In this document: positions 16,780-26,860 of the stretch, one piece after another
How positions within the stretch are numbered: the first letter of the stretch is position 1
Layout: the number at the start of each line of letters is the position of its first letter
Assembly (NCBI GenBank): GCA_963805585.1
Contig: CAWDUR010000033.1
Coordinates: 68,135-132,134, forward strand
Direction: 5' to 3'
Length of the DNA stretch: 64,000 nt
From: an uncultured Chloroflexia bacterium
GTDB taxonomy: Bacteria; Chloroflexota; Limnocylindria; Limnocylindrales; CSP1-4
Made by a program: the position numbers and the translations under genes
The notes under the pieces: generated by a model
The model's input: only the letters and a program-made list of their open reading frames with translations
What the model was told of the DNA's origin: nothing
Database searches by the model: none

Positions 16780-19338
16780 ATGCTGCGAACGACCGGCGGC
16801 CAGGGGCGAGACGTCCTGCACCGCGCCGAGGCGGTCGAGCGGGCGTCTCGGGTCCATGGCATCCACTATTCGCTCGCCTTCGACCTGTCCGAGGACCGCT
16901 CCTCGTACACCGGCCGGGCGCGGATCGACTTCGAGCTTCGTCCCGGCGCCGCCCCGCTCTTCCTGGACTTCCGGGGCACACCGGTGCGCCTCAGCGTCAA
17001 CGGCAAACCGCAGGAGCCCGATCACCGGGACCATCGACTCTGGCTTCCGGATGAGCTGCTGGCGACCTCCAACCGCGTCGAAGTCGAGTATGAGAACGAC
17101 TTCGACCTGAGCGGCGACGGTTTCCACCGCTTCGTCGATCCGGAGGATGGGGCGACCTACCTCTACACCAACTTCGAGCCCTTCGCGGCACACCGGTCCT
17201 TCCCGTGCTTCGACCAGCCGGATCTCAAGGCCCGCTTCGGACTCGTCGTCGTGGCGCCCGGGACCTGGACGGTGGTCTCTGCAGAGGAAGCCGCGGACTC
17301 CTCGGCCCTCCCCGACGGTCGGCGGCGTCATGTCTTCCCCGCCACACCGCCCTTCTCGACGTACCTGTTCCCGCTGCTGGCCGGCCCGTACGAGCGTATC
17401 GACGATCGACACGGCGAGCTCCGTCTCGGCGTCCTGGGTCGCCGCTCCATGCGCCGCGAGCTGGAAACCTCAGCGCCGGAGATCCTGGAGATCACCGCGC
17501 AGGGCATGGCCTACTACGCCGAGCTCTTCGGCCGGCCGTACCCCTTCGCCAAGTACGACCAGGTCTTCGTGCCGGAGTTCAACGCGGGTGCCATGGAGAA
17601 CGTGGCAGCCGTCACCTTCGCCGACCAGTTCCTCTTTCGCGACCCTCCCACGTATGCCCAGCGCCTGACCCGAGGCGAGGTCATCCTCCACGAACTCGCC
17701 CACATGTGGTTCGGCGATCTGGTGACCATGCGCTGGTGGGATGACCTCTGGCTCAACGAGACGTTCGCCACGTACCTCTCCTATCGCTGCCTGGCCACGG
17801 CGACACGGTTCAGGGACGCTTGGCAGGTCTTCAACGGCGCGATGCGCCCAGCTGCCCATCGCCAGGACCAGCTCATCACGACGCACCCCGTGGCCACGGA
17901 CGTGGAGCAGACCGACCAGGCGGTGGGCAACTTCGACGCCATCACCTACGAGAAGGGTGCCGCCATCATCAAACAGCTCGTGGCCGCCCTGGGTGAGGAG
18001 GCCTTCCGCACAGGACTGCGAACGTATTTCGATCGACACGCCTGGGGCAATGCGAGCCTTGCGGACTTCCTCGCCGCCCTCGGCCAAGCCGCCGACGAGC
18101 CTCTTGAGGAATGGGCAAGACTGTGGCTGCAGACCCCTTCGTTGAACACCATCGGCGTGCGCTGGTCACAGGCCGATGGGTGCATCCTCGACCTGGTGGT
18201 CGAGCAGGACGCGCCAGCGGAGCATCCCGTCCTGCGTCCCCACACCACGACCCTGGCCCTGGTCGACCAGCCGGCGCCGGGCGAGCCGTTGGAGGTCCAT
18301 GGCCTGCCTGTCCGCATCATCGGCGAGCGGCTGTCCGTCGCGGAGGCCACTGGGCGACCCGCGCCTCTCTTCGTCTACCCGGACCTGGGCGATCACGACT
18401 ACGCGCTCGTCCGGCTGGATCCGCGATCGCTGGCATTCGCGCTGGAGCGCCTGTCGGACCTCCCCGATCCGCTCCTGAGGCAGCAGGTCTGGTCCGCGCT
18501 CCACGAGATGGTCCGCGCCGGCTCGTTGCGCCCTGACGTCTACCTGGCGACGGTCCGTCGCTTCGCACCCGGGGAAGCCGACCAGGCGCTGCTGGCCACC
18601 ATCCTCGAGCGCGCCGCCCTTGTGCTGAGGCGCTACCTGGCTGAGGAACGCGCACTCCACGAATCTCGACAGCTCGTGGCCGCGGCGGTGCAGGGAGCGC
18701 ACTCGACATCGCCCCAGCTCCAGCTCATCTGGGCTCGGGCCGCCATCGCCTTGGCCGCCGATGCGGCCGATGTCGACCTGCTTCTCGGCCTGGCCGAGGA
18801 CGGCTGGTCCGCCGAAGGCTTCAGGGTCGACCAGGAGATGCGCTGGTCGCTGGCCGTCAAGGCAGAAGCGCACGGCCTCGAAGGCGCCGCGGAGCGGTCA
18901 GCACGCGAGCTGCGGAAGGATCCCTCCGATCGCGGTCAGCGAGCCTTCATCCGTGCCCAGACCAGCCGTCCCGATGCCGACGTCAAGTCGGCCGCATGGC
19001 AGCGCATCAACGGCCAGGGTTACGGCTCCGACTATCTGACGCGGGCAGCCATCCGCGGTTTCCAATGGGTCCACCAGCGCACGCTCCTGGCCCCCTTCCG
19101 TGAACCGTTCTACGCGCAGCTGGGCTCGATCTTCGCCACCCGAGATCATGCCTTCGCAGGGTCCTACGCTCGAGGCCTGGTGCCGGATCGCTGGGCCGAA
19201 CCAGCGGAGCTTGAGCGCCTGCGGGCCTTCCGGGCGGGCCTCTCCGAGCACGAGGTCCTGCTGCGTCGCCACATCGACGAGATCTCGGACGATCTGGCCC
19301 GGGACATCCGGGTGCGCTCGTTCGCGGCGGCCTCCTAG
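16780..19338 (+). CDS. pepN: Aminopeptidase N (M1 family)
   Basis: Intact 852-aa ORF with GAMEN (FNAGAMENV) and the zinc motif HELAHMWFGDLVTMRWWDDLWLNETFA (HExxH-x18-E). Confidence 0.95.
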   Translation: MLRTTGGQGRDVLHRAEAVERASRVHGIHYSLAFDLSEDRSSYTGRARIDFELRPGAAPLFLDFRGTPVRLSVNGKPQEPDHRDHRLWLPDELLATSNRVEVEYENDFDLSGDGFHRFVDPEDGATYLYTNFEPFAAHRSFPCFDQPDLKARFGLVVVAPGTWTVVSAEEAADSSALPDGRRRHVFPATPPFSTYLFPLLAGPYERIDDRHGELRLGVLGRRSMRRELETSAPEILEITAQGMAYYAELFGRPYPFAKYDQVFVPEFNAGAMENVAAVTFADQFLFRDPPTYAQRLTRGEVILHELAHMWFGDLVTMRWWDDLWLNETFATYLSYRCLATATRFRDAWQVFNGAMRPAAHRQDQLITTHPVATDVEQTDQAVGNFDAITYEKGAAIIKQLVAALGEEAFRTGLRTYFDRHAWGNASLADFLAALGQAADEPLEEWARLWLQTPSLNTIGVRWSQADGCILDLVVEQDAPAEHPVLRPHTTTLALVDQPAPGEPLEVHGLPVRIIGERLSVAEATGRPAPLFVYPDLGDHDYALVRLDPRSLAFALERLSDLPDPLLRQQVWSALHEMVRAGSLRPDVYLATVRRFAPGEADQALLATILERAALVLRRYLAEERALHESRQLVAAAVQGAHSTSPQLQLIWARAAIALAADAADVDLLLGLAEDGWSAEGFRVDQEMRWSLAVKAEAHGLEGAAERSARELRKDPSDRGQRAFIRAQTSRPDADVKSAAWQRINGQGYGSDYLTRAAIRGFQWVHQRTLLAPFREPFYAQLGSIFATRDHAFAGSYARGLVPDRWAEPAELERLRAFRAGLSEHEVLLRRHIDEISDDLARDIRVRSFAAAS

Positions 19339-20585
19339 CGGTTTCGGCTGGCCCCGTGCACCCGCCCGCGGGTTCCGGCTGAGGCTGGTGCGCCACGGCC
19401 TCGTCCGCCTCGGCTGGCTGAACGCATGGCCCGGGAGCTGGGATCCACCTCGAAGCCTCGGACCTGGCGGACCGGCAGGTCCCGCTTCAGCAGCCGGTTG
19501 ATGGACTTCAGCTGATCCTCCTCTTCGAAGGAGACGAGCGAGATGGCCAGGCCCTCCATGCCTGCCCGGCCCGTGCGGCCGATGCGGTGCACGTAGTCCT
19601 CCGGGTCGCCTGGGATCTCGAAGTTCACGACCACCGGCAACGCCTCGATGTCCAGCCCACGTGCGGCAACGTCCGTGGCCACCAGGACGCGCACCTCACC
19701 CGACTTGAATTGCTCCAGCGCCCGCTCCCGCTCCGGCTGACTGCGGTCGCCATGGATGGCGGTGGCGGCCACGCCGTCGCGGTCGAGCTGGGCCGCGAGC
19801 CGGCGTGTCATCTGCTTGGTGCGCGTGAAGACGAGGACCTGGTGCAGGTCCCTCGAGCGCACCAGGTAGGCCAGCAGTTCGCGCTTCCGGTCAGCCTCCA
19901 CCAGATAGGCGATCTGGTCGACCAACTCGGCCGCCGAGATGGTCGGAGCCACGTCCACCGATGCCGGGTCGGTGAGGAAGGTGCTCGCCAGCGAACGGAT
20001 CTCGGCACTCAGGGTGGCCGAGAAGAGGAGGCCCTGCCGCTGTGCCGGGAGGAGCGCCAGGATGCGCCGGATGTCGTCGATGAAGCCCATGTCCAGCATG
20101 CGGTCGGCCTCGTCGAGGACGAGGACCTCGACCTGCCCGAGGTTCAGGGTGCGGCTGCCGGCATGATCGAGCAGCCGCCCCGGCGTGGCCACGACGATCT
20201 CCACGCCGGACAGCAGGTCGCGCTCCTGGGGGCCCATGGGCACACCGCCATAGACGATGGTCGAGCGCAGGCCGACGTGGCGGCCATAGGTCCTGAAGGA
20301 TTCGTGGACCTGGATGGCCAGCTCTCGCGTGGGCGCCACGACCAGCACGCGGATGGGATGGCGCGCCGGAGAGAACGACGTGTTGGCGTGGACCTTCATG
20401 CGTTCCAGGATGGGCAGGGCGAAGGCGGCGGTCTTGCCCGTGCCCGTCTGCGCGCGGGCCATGAGATCCCGGCCCGACAGGACGATGGGGATGGCCTGGC
20501 GTTGGATCGGCGTGGGCTCCGTGTAGCCCTCGTCGGCCACGGCACGGAGGAGCTCCGGGCTGAGGCCCATTCCTTCGAATGACAT
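19335..20585 (-). CDS. DEAD-box ATP-dependent RNA helicase (RhlE-like)
   Basis: Q-motif/motif I: YTEPTPIQRQAIP...AQTGTGKTAAF. Also DEAD (VLDEADRMLDMGF), SAT, and HRIGRTGRAG. The likely start is MSFEGMGL at 20585, with GAGGA upstream; the track start at 20612 is also possible. Confidence 0.9.
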   Translation of the reverse strand: MSFEGMGLSPELLRAVADEGYTEPTPIQRQAIPIVLSGRDLMARAQTGTGKTAAFALPILERMKVHANTSFSPARHPIRVLVVAPTRELAIQVHESFRTYGRHVGLRSTIVYGGVPMGPQERDLLSGVEIVVATPGRLLDHAGSRTLNLGQVEVLVLDEADRMLDMGFIDDIRRILALLPAQRQGLLFSATLSAEIRSLASTFLTDPASVDVAPTISAAELVDQIAYLVEADRKRELLAYLVRSRDLHQVLVFTRTKQMTRRLAAQLDRDGVAATAIHGDRSQPERERALEQFKSGEVRVLVATDVAARGLDIEALPVVVNFEIPGDPEDYVHRIGRTGRAGMEGLAISLVSFEEEDQLKSINRLLKRDLPVRQVRGFEVDPSSRAMRSASRGGRGRGAPASAGTRGRVHGASRNR

Positions 20586-20795
20586 GCACATCCTCTGGGT
20601 CGTCTGTGTCACCCACCCCGCAGGGCCAGGTCCAGGGTTGACACGTTCGGTTGGCGCTGTGGGCGCAAGGCACCGACCCAGAGGTGCCGATCCAGCGGTC
20701 GAGAGAGCGCGTCGCTGCGTTGGACAGCCAGTGTAGTCGCTGGCGTTCAGGCCGGGGTCGTCCGGTGTGCGGAGTGGGGCCGGTCCGGTGAGCGG

Positions 20796-21020
20796 TCAGT
20801 GCAGGCGGCGACCGGACGCCTCGAGCGCCGGCTCCCGGAGGGTCCGCTGGAGGCCGCAGATCGGGCAGACCGCGCGCTGGCCGGACGGGTCCGGCACCAG
20901 GAAGGTGGTGCAGCCGTTGGTGCTGCAGAAGAGGCGGTGCGGAGCGGCCCGGCGCAGGCGGCGTTGCGCCTGGGCCCGTCGACTCAGCGAGGCCGGGGTA
21001 TTGGGGGTACGGGAGAGCAT
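20796..21020 (-). CDS. Small basic zinc-ribbon protein (74 aa)
   Basis: ATG 21020 is preceded by GAAAGGAAAAG. Sequence: MLSRTPNTPASLSRRAQAQRRLRRAAPHRLFCSTNGCTTFLVPDPSGQRAVCPICGLQRTL.. (C-x4-C ... CxxC). The rest of track ORF 20796..21506 is read-through. Confidence 0.5.
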   Translation of the reverse strand: MLSRTPNTPASLSRRAQAQRRLRRAAPHRLFCSTNGCTTFLVPDPSGQRAVCPICGLQRTLREPALEASGRRLH

Positions 21021-21246
21021 CTTTTCCTTTCGGCCCGGGGGCGCGAAGATCGCGCTCTCGACCTGGCCAGTGGCTGTTGGGTGCCGCTCGTCGCATCCCG
21101 CGGGTGTGAGCGGTCGGTCGGGGGTCGAGGGCTGCGGGAGCACCATGATGTTCGTGCTCGACCGCGCGTCGACCGGGGATGTTCCACGCAGCATAGCGCA
21201 TGCCGCGCAGTCGTGCCCCGGCTGATGGTCAGGGTACTCTTGGGAC

Positions 21247-21811
21247 ATGAACGTGACGCCACCCCAGGCACTGCCCTTCAGCGGCGATCCACGTGCTGAC
21301 GAGCTGCTGGCCCGGGAGCCGATCGCGCTGCTGATCGGCTTCGTCCTGGACCAGCAGGTGACCGTGCAGAAGGCCTTCGGCGGGCCGTATGAGCTGCAGC
21401 GTCGCATCGGCAGCATCGCGGCCGCGGACCTCGCCGTCATGGACCCAGGAGAGCTGGAGGCAGCTTTCCGTGCCGCCCCGGCGCTGCATCGCTTCCCTGC
21501 GGACATGGCCCGCCGGACGCGAGGATCTGTGTGCCGCCATCGTGGAGACCTACGAAGGCGATGCCTCGCGCATCTGGACGGAGGCTGCTGACGGTCCCGA
21601 CCTCGAGGCTCGACTCCTGGCGCTGCCGGGCATCGGCCCCATGAAGGCCAAGGCGCTGCTGGTGGTCCTGGCCAGGCGCTTCGGCCTGCGGTTGCCGGGA
21701 CTCGAGGCGCTGCTGCCTGACCACCCCACCCTCGGGGACGTCGATTCGCCAGAAGCCCTGGCGGCTTACCAGGCCCAGAAGCGCGCGGCCCGCCAGACCC
21801 GGCCGGTGTGA
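21247..21811 (+). CDS. HhH-GPD-type base-excision DNA repair family protein; one frame break near 21500-21525
   Basis: MNVTPPQALPFSGDPRADELLAREPIALLIGFVLDQQVTVQKAFGGPYEL..ALHRFP (ORF 21247..21591) continues in ORF 21389..21811: DLCAAIVETYEGDASRIWTEA...LLALPGIGPMKAKALLVVLARRFG. Confidence 0.7.
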
Positions 21812-22154
21812 CCTGCGCACGGGGTCTTCACAGGCGGCAGCGCCGGGTGTAGATTGGCCGTGGAGGTAAGGCTGATCGCATGGTCGATCCCCGCAGCCGG
21901 CGTGGCCGGACCAGTCGGAGCCCCAAGACCCTGGTTGGGTCTGCGGTGCTGCCGCGAACCGCGGATGGATCGCGCGGGATGAGCAACCTCTGCAGCGTGC
22001 CCCGAGCGGGCAACATCTCTTCCGACACCCGAGCCGGCTGATCCGCGCGGTCGGGGACGGGCACCGTGTGCCGCGTATCCGCCGCGCTGCCAGATCGCTG
22101 CCCGACCCACGCAGGATGGCGTGGGTCGATCGATTCGGCGGGGCCATGCCGCCG

Positions 22155-23081
22155 TCAGGCGGCAGCCGCCCGGCGCAGGGCCGCATGCAGGGCACGGACC
22201 GCCTCACCGGGTCGACCGGAGCCGATGGCCTCGCCATCCAGCCGCACGATGGGCATGACCTCCCGGATGGACGACGACGTGAAGGCCTCCTCAGCCGAGG
22301 CCAGGTCCAGGAGGGGATACCAACCTTCCGCGGTAGCAAGGCCGCACTCCGAAGCCAGGCGCAGGACGTAGGCCCGCGTCACGCCTGCCAGGATGCCCAG
22401 GTCCAAGGCCGGTGTGAAGAGGGTGTCACCTCGGCGCCACCAGACGTTGGTCGTGGGTCCTTCGAGCACCGATCCATCAGCTGCCACGAAGATGGCGTCC
22501 CCAGCGCCACGGCGCACGGCTTCCTCGTGGGCCGCCATGTTGACCGCATAGGAGGTGGACTTCACGCCCGTCAGCAGCCACGGCGCATCCTGCCGAGCGC
22601 GTGGATCCGTGCCCAGCCGGAGCGAGACGACCCCGATGCCTTGCGCGCGCAGTGTCTCCAGGTCGATGGGCAGCGCCCCGACGATCGCCAGGGCCACCGG
22701 GAGCCCTCCCTCGCGACCGCCGGTGAGCGTCAGGCGCAGCGTGCAGTCGGCCACACCGGCGGCCGTGATGGCCTCACTGGCCAGGCTCGACAGGGCCTCG
22801 AGGTCCGGCACGGCCAGGTGCATGCGGGCGGCCGACGCGGCCAGGCGCGCCAGGTGCTCGGGCATGGCGAAGGGCCGTCCGGCGTAGACCCGCAGGGTCT
22901 CGAAGGCTGCCAGGCCTCGCAGCAGGCCGCGGTCGTCAGCGTGGATGACGGGTCTGTCGGGGTCGATCACACCCTGTCCCAGGACCGCCACGGCGAGCGG
23001 GCGGGCCGGGTCGTTCAGTCGTCCGGAGGTGCCCAGTGCGCCGCCTTGATGGCCTCCAGCAGGGGGCGTGCCTTGGTCCAT
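22155..23081 (-). CDS. pabC: Class IV aminotransferase-fold enzyme, most likely aminodeoxychorismate lyase
   Basis: Intact ORF: DRGLLRGLAAFETLRVYAGRPF...HLARLAASA...TLTGG...GVKSTSYAVNMAAHEEAVRRGAGDAIF...TNVWW...TPALDLGILAGVTR. It overlaps the end of pabB, so the true start is probably internal (about 23000-23030). Confidence 0.75.
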   Translation of the reverse strand: MDQGTPPAGGHQGGALGTSGRLNDPARPLAVAVLGQGVIDPDRPVIHADDRGLLRGLAAFETLRVYAGRPFAMPEHLARLAASAARMHLAVPDLEALSSLASEAITAAGVADCTLRLTLTGGREGGLPVALAIVGALPIDLETLRAQGIGVVSLRLGTDPRARQDAPWLLTGVKSTSYAVNMAAHEEAVRRGAGDAIFVAADGSVLEGPTTNVWWRRGDTLFTPALDLGILAGVTRAYVLRLASECGLATAEGWYPLLDLASAEEAFTSSSIREVMPIVRLDGEAIGSGRPGEAVRALHAALRRAAAA

Positions 23082-24131
23082 GATTCCTCCACTTCGCTCG
23101 ATGGGTCGGAGTCCCAGACCACGCCGCCGCCGACCCAGAGATGGATGCGCTCGGCGCGGATGGCGAAGGTCCGGATGGTCAGGGCAAGCTCGAAGTCACC
23201 GTTGGGCCAGACGGTGCCCAGGGCGCCCATGGCCGCTCCGCGGCCGACGGGCTCGAGGGCGTTGATGTGGTCGAGAGCGGCGATCTTGGGCGCGCCTGTC
23301 ACGGAACCACCCGGGAACAGAGCCTGCATCGCTGCGGCCCATGACACGTCCGGGCGCACGCGGCCCTCGACTCGCGAGACGAGATGCTCCACGCCGGCCA
23401 TGCGACGGACGGACATCAGCTCGGGCCAGCGCACGGATCCCGGCTCGCAGATGGCACCCAGGTCATTGCGCTCGAGGTCCACGATCATGACGTGCTCGGC
23501 GGCATCCTTGGCTGAGGCACGCAGCTCGGCCGCATCGCCGCGCGGGCGCGTGCCCTTGATGGGCATCGTCCAGACGCTGTCGCCGCGGCGCGCCAGGAAG
23601 AGCTCCGGTGAGGCTGAGACGATGGACCAGTCCGAGCCGTGGAATGGCCGTCCATGCAACGGGCGAAGGGCAACCATGGCGCGCGCCAGGCCTTCGGCCA
23701 CGGCCGCCGGCTGGCCGTCGACAGGCGCCGAGAGGTGCTGCACCAGGTTGACCTGGTAGACGTCGCCGGCGGCGATGGCCTGCCGTGCCCTCCGAACGGC
23801 CTCGGCGTATCCGTCGGCTGGCCAGGTCGTCTCCCAGGGGCCCACCTGCCAGGTCCCAGCGGCGGCCGGAGGCAGTGGTTCATGCGCGGCCTCGAAGATC
23901 CGGCAGGCGGCCAGCGGCAGGGCGACCGGCTCCGGCCGGGCGGGACGATGGCTGCGGCGCAGGGTCTCAGAGAGGGCATAGCCGAGATAGACCTGGGCAC
24001 GTCGACCAGCCGCGCCTCCAGCTGCGGCAGCTGAAGAAGCCGGCGCCTCGGAGATGCGCCTCGATCGCCTGAAGTGCCCCCGGGGCCTCGTGGACCTCCA
24101 GGAGCGGGCTGGTCGCGGCGTCGCTCACCAC
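23015..24131 (-). CDS. pabB: Aminodeoxychorismate synthase component I (short chorismate-binding enzyme); N-terminal part broken by about two frame changes
   Basis: ORF 23015..23845 carries DVYQVNLVQ...SPELFL...PIKGTRPRG...KDAAEHVMIVDLERNDLG...FPGGSVTGAPKIAA...EPVGRGAAMGALG..IRT. The N-terminus continues upstream in other frames: VVSDAATSPLLEVHEAPGALQAIEAHLRGAGFF (GTG 24131) / QLEARLVDV / VYLGYALSETLRR. Confidence 0.8.
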
Positions 24132-24409
24132 GGGTCGGGATTGGGCTCGCCGCGCGGCGGGTGGAAGCGCACGATGACACGCCCCGCCTGCGACGCTGGC
24201 CGGTCCGTGAGAAGGTCGAAGGCGCCCGGAAAGCGCTGTTGAAGCGCCACCCGCAGGGCTGGCAGCGTCCGCTCCAGGAGCGCGATATCGGCCACCCCTC
24301 TCGCCAGGTCCTCGACTTGCGCAGCCGGGCGGAACCGCGCGCGCACGACGATGGCCTCGAAACCGTCGGCCTGCCAGGCGATGCGGATGGAGCCGTCGTG
24401 CTCGAGCAT
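24125..24409 (-). CDS. Hypothetical 94-aa protein translationally coupled to pabB
   Basis: ATG 24409 gives MLEHDGSIRIAWQADGFEAIVVRARFRPAAQVEDLARGVADIALLERTLPALRVALQQRFPGAFDLL... Its stop (24127-24125) overlaps the pabB GTG-GTG start (GTGGTGA). Confidence 0.45.
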   Translation of the reverse strand: MLEHDGSIRIAWQADGFEAIVVRARFRPAAQVEDLARGVADIALLERTLPALRVALQQRFPGAFDLLTDRPASQAGRVIVRFHPPRGEPNPDPW

Positions 24410-24500
24410 GGTCTTCCATGGTATGCGGCACCGGCATTCCCCGGGGGCCATGGCCCCGAAACAGCCCCGACGGGACCGGCGGGGCGGTCATACTGCGCGC

Positions 24501-24904
24501 ATGTTCGACGAACGACCCGACATCCAGGCTCGACTCGACGAGGAGCTCGTCGTCTGGATGACCACCGTCAGCCCAGCTGGTCGGCCCCAGTCCTCGCCGG
24601 TCTGGTTCCTCGTGCAGGGCGAGTCGGTCGTGGTCTACTCCCTGGCGCAGACGCCCCGGACGCGAAACATCGCGGTCAACCCCCACGTCTGCCTGAATCT
24701 CAACAGCACCCGAGAGGGCGGCGAGGTCGTCGTCATCGAGGGCCTCGCACGATCATCGCGGACGGCCCCCCGGCCGACCAGGATCCCGACTACGTGGCCA
24801 AGTACGAGTCGGCCATGGCGGGCCTGGGCATGACGGCTGCTTCATTCGCGACGGACTACCCGGTGCGCATCCACGTCCAGCCCACGCGCCTGCGGGCGTC
24901 CTGA
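24501..24904 (+). CDS. Pyridoxamine 5'-phosphate oxidase-family (PPOX-class, probably F420/FMN-dependent) protein; one frame break near 24750
   Basis: MFDERPDIQARLDEELVVWMTTVSPAGRPQSSPVWFLVQGESVVVYSLAQTPRTRNIAVNPHVCLNLNS..GGEVVVIEG (ATG 24501) continues in ORF 24074..24904: IIADGPPADQDPDYVAKYESAMAGLGMTAASFATDYPVRIHVQPTRL. Confidence 0.7.
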
Positions 24905-24969
24905 CCGGAGAGCGCCTAAGGGTCCCCTCCGACGCACGATGCCGGGCCCCGGACCGGGACCGGCGTGCC

Positions 24970-25822
24970 TCAGTGGATCTGGCCGCCGCCCGAGCCACGG
25001 TCGCGCAGGAACCGCTCGATCTCGCCGATGAGTTCGTCGCCCGAGGGCAGGCGGGCTTCGTCGACCATGCCTTCGAGGCGGGCGATGTAGGAACGCGTCG
25101 ACTCGTCCGCGGCGGCTGCCGTGTCCAAGCGTGCGTCGATGCCCCGCGCCTCCAGCTCCAGCACGGCCGTGGTCAGGCTCTCGCCGACGTGACGTTCGAC
25201 GGCCCGGATGAGCGCCACGGCCGCGGCGGGATACTCGCCGCTGACGTAGTGGGGCACCTGGGCGAAGTAGCCGACCGTCGGGATGCCCGCCTCCGCGACG
25301 GCCAGGTCGACGACCGAGACCGCGGCCGCCGGCACCTTCATGGCAGCCTGCCGGCCCGGGCTCGATGCCTCCCTTCAACAGCCCCTCGCGCGACTCGATG
25401 CCCAGCACTGGGACCGGGCGCGTGTGAGGGACAGCGGCGGGGATGGCACCCAGCGTCAGCCACTCGGTGACGCCCAGGTCCTCGGCCAGCATGACCATCT
25501 CGGCGGCCAGCTCGCGCCAGCGGTAGTCGGGCTCCGGCCCGCTCAGGACGAGCACGTCGCGCCGCGCGAAGCGTCGCTGGACGACGGCCAGCGCCGGCCA
25601 GTCGAGTTCGACGGGCCGGCCGTCCACGATATGCAGGGTCGGTCGCCGGGAGCGGTAGTCGTAGAGACCGTCGACGTCCAGGCGCGCGATGGTCGTGGCT
25701 CCTTCAGCCAGCAGGGCGGCGGCGCTCGTGGCGGCCGACCCGGCGTCGACCCAGGCGTCCAGGGCCATGACCATCAGTGGGTCGTCGAGCTCGGGATGGT
25801 CGAGCAGATGGTAGAGCGTCAC
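24970..25822 (-). CDS. PAC2-family protein (proteasome assembly chaperone 2-like, actinobacterial type); one frame break near 25345
   Basis: (V)TLYHLLDHPELDDPLMVMALDAWVDAGSAATSAAALL...YDYRSRRPTLHIVDGRP...LSGPEPDYRWRELAAEM...PHTRP (GTG 25822) continues in ORF 24970..25341: VPAAAVSVVDLAVAEAGIPTVGYFAQVPHYV...IGEIERFLRD. Confidence 0.75.
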
Positions 25823-25907
25823 GCTTACAGGATATGGGCAAGGCCGGTCGGCCGCTGCCGTTTCTCCGCTGGCCTCGGCGAGTCGTTTGTGCAGCCGGCC
25901 CGGCTCT

Positions 25908-26809
25908 TCAGCGTGGCCGGGTTCGCTGCTGGACCCGGGCCAGGGCGGCATCCCAGCCGGCATCGAAGGCTCGGCCGGGCTCGTCGAGGTCGACGACCAC
26001 CGGGGCATGGTCGGATGGCGTCGGTGGGCCCTTGCGGGCCTCCCGGTCGATCTCCGCCCAGACGACTCGGTCGGCCACCGGCTGGCTGCCGTAGAGCAGG
26101 TCGATGCGCATGCCTTCGTTGCGGTGGAACATGCCGGCACGGTAGTCGTACCAGCTGAAGCGGTCCGTGGCCGGCTGCCGAAGGCGGTAGAGGTCACTGC
26201 AGACCCCACTCCCGCAGGCGCGCCAGAGCCGCTCGCTCGGGGGCGGAGACGTGAGTGCTGCCGTGGGCGCGCGCCGCGTCCCAGACGTCGTCGTCGCTGG
26301 GGGTGACATTGAGGTCCCCGCCCAACACGATGGCCTCGCCGGGGTCCGCTGTACTCCGCAGCCAGTCGGCCAGGTGCTCGAACCAGCGCAGCTTGCCCTC
26401 GTACCAGACCGAGTCGAGCTGCCGGCCGTTGGGCGCGTAGAGGCTGACGACGCGGATGCCGCCGGCCACCGCGCTGACCATGCGCGCTTCGACGAAGGGG
26501 TCGAAGGCCTCGCGCCTCGACCTCCAGGCTCGCGGCCCGTCGACTGTCGCGGACCGGTCCAACCCCGAAGTTGACGACCACGGGGCCCTCGAGGCCGACC
26601 CGGCTGGCGATGGCGACACCGTTCCAGCGACCCTCGCCGTGATGTAGCAGCTCGTAGCCGGCCATCCTGAAAGCCATCGCTGGCACATCGTCGTCGGCCA
26701 GCTTGGTCTCCTGCAGGAGCAGGACGTCCGGTGCTGCGCGCTCGAGCCAGGCTTGCACGGCATCCAGTCGCGCCATCAGCGAGTTGACGTTCCAGGTGGC
26801 GATGCGCAC
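25908..26809 (-). CDS. xthA: Exodeoxyribonuclease III (AP endonuclease); about three frame changes as assembled
   Basis: (M)RIATWNVNSLMARLDAVQAWLERAAPDVLLLQETKLADD...GRWNGVAIASR (GTG 26809) / FDPFVEARMVSAVAGGIRVVSLYAPNG...VLGGDLNVTPSDDDVWD (ORF 26194..26763) / FSWYDYRAGMFHRNEGMRIDLLYGS...PSDHAPVVVDL (ORF 25908..26309). Confidence 0.85.
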
Positions 26810-26860
26810 GACGATCGAGGGTAGCCCGTCAGGCGGGAGCCAGTCAGGGTCTGCCGTCGC

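Noticed and set aside
21880-22041. 53-codon ORF with a GGAGG-like site in the convergent spacer
   Set aside because: The translation (MVDPRSRRGRTSRSPKTLVGSAVLPRTADGSRGMSNLCSVPRAGNISSDTRAG) is basic and low-complexity, has no hydrophobic core and does not look like a real protein. It is kept only as part of the unassigned-spacer finding.
22068-23759. 563-aa plus-strand ORF
   Set aside because: It is antisense to pabC and pabB, which carry clear family motifs on the minus strand. It has no motifs of its own.
24842-26809. 655-aa minus-strand ORF that looks like one large protein
   Set aside because: It is a chimera created by frame breaks. Its N-terminus is genuine ExoIII and its middle is genuine PAC2, but long off-frame Arg/Pro-rich stretches connect them across the real intergenic gap. 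I split it into xthA (25908..26809) and the PAC2 gene (24970..25822).
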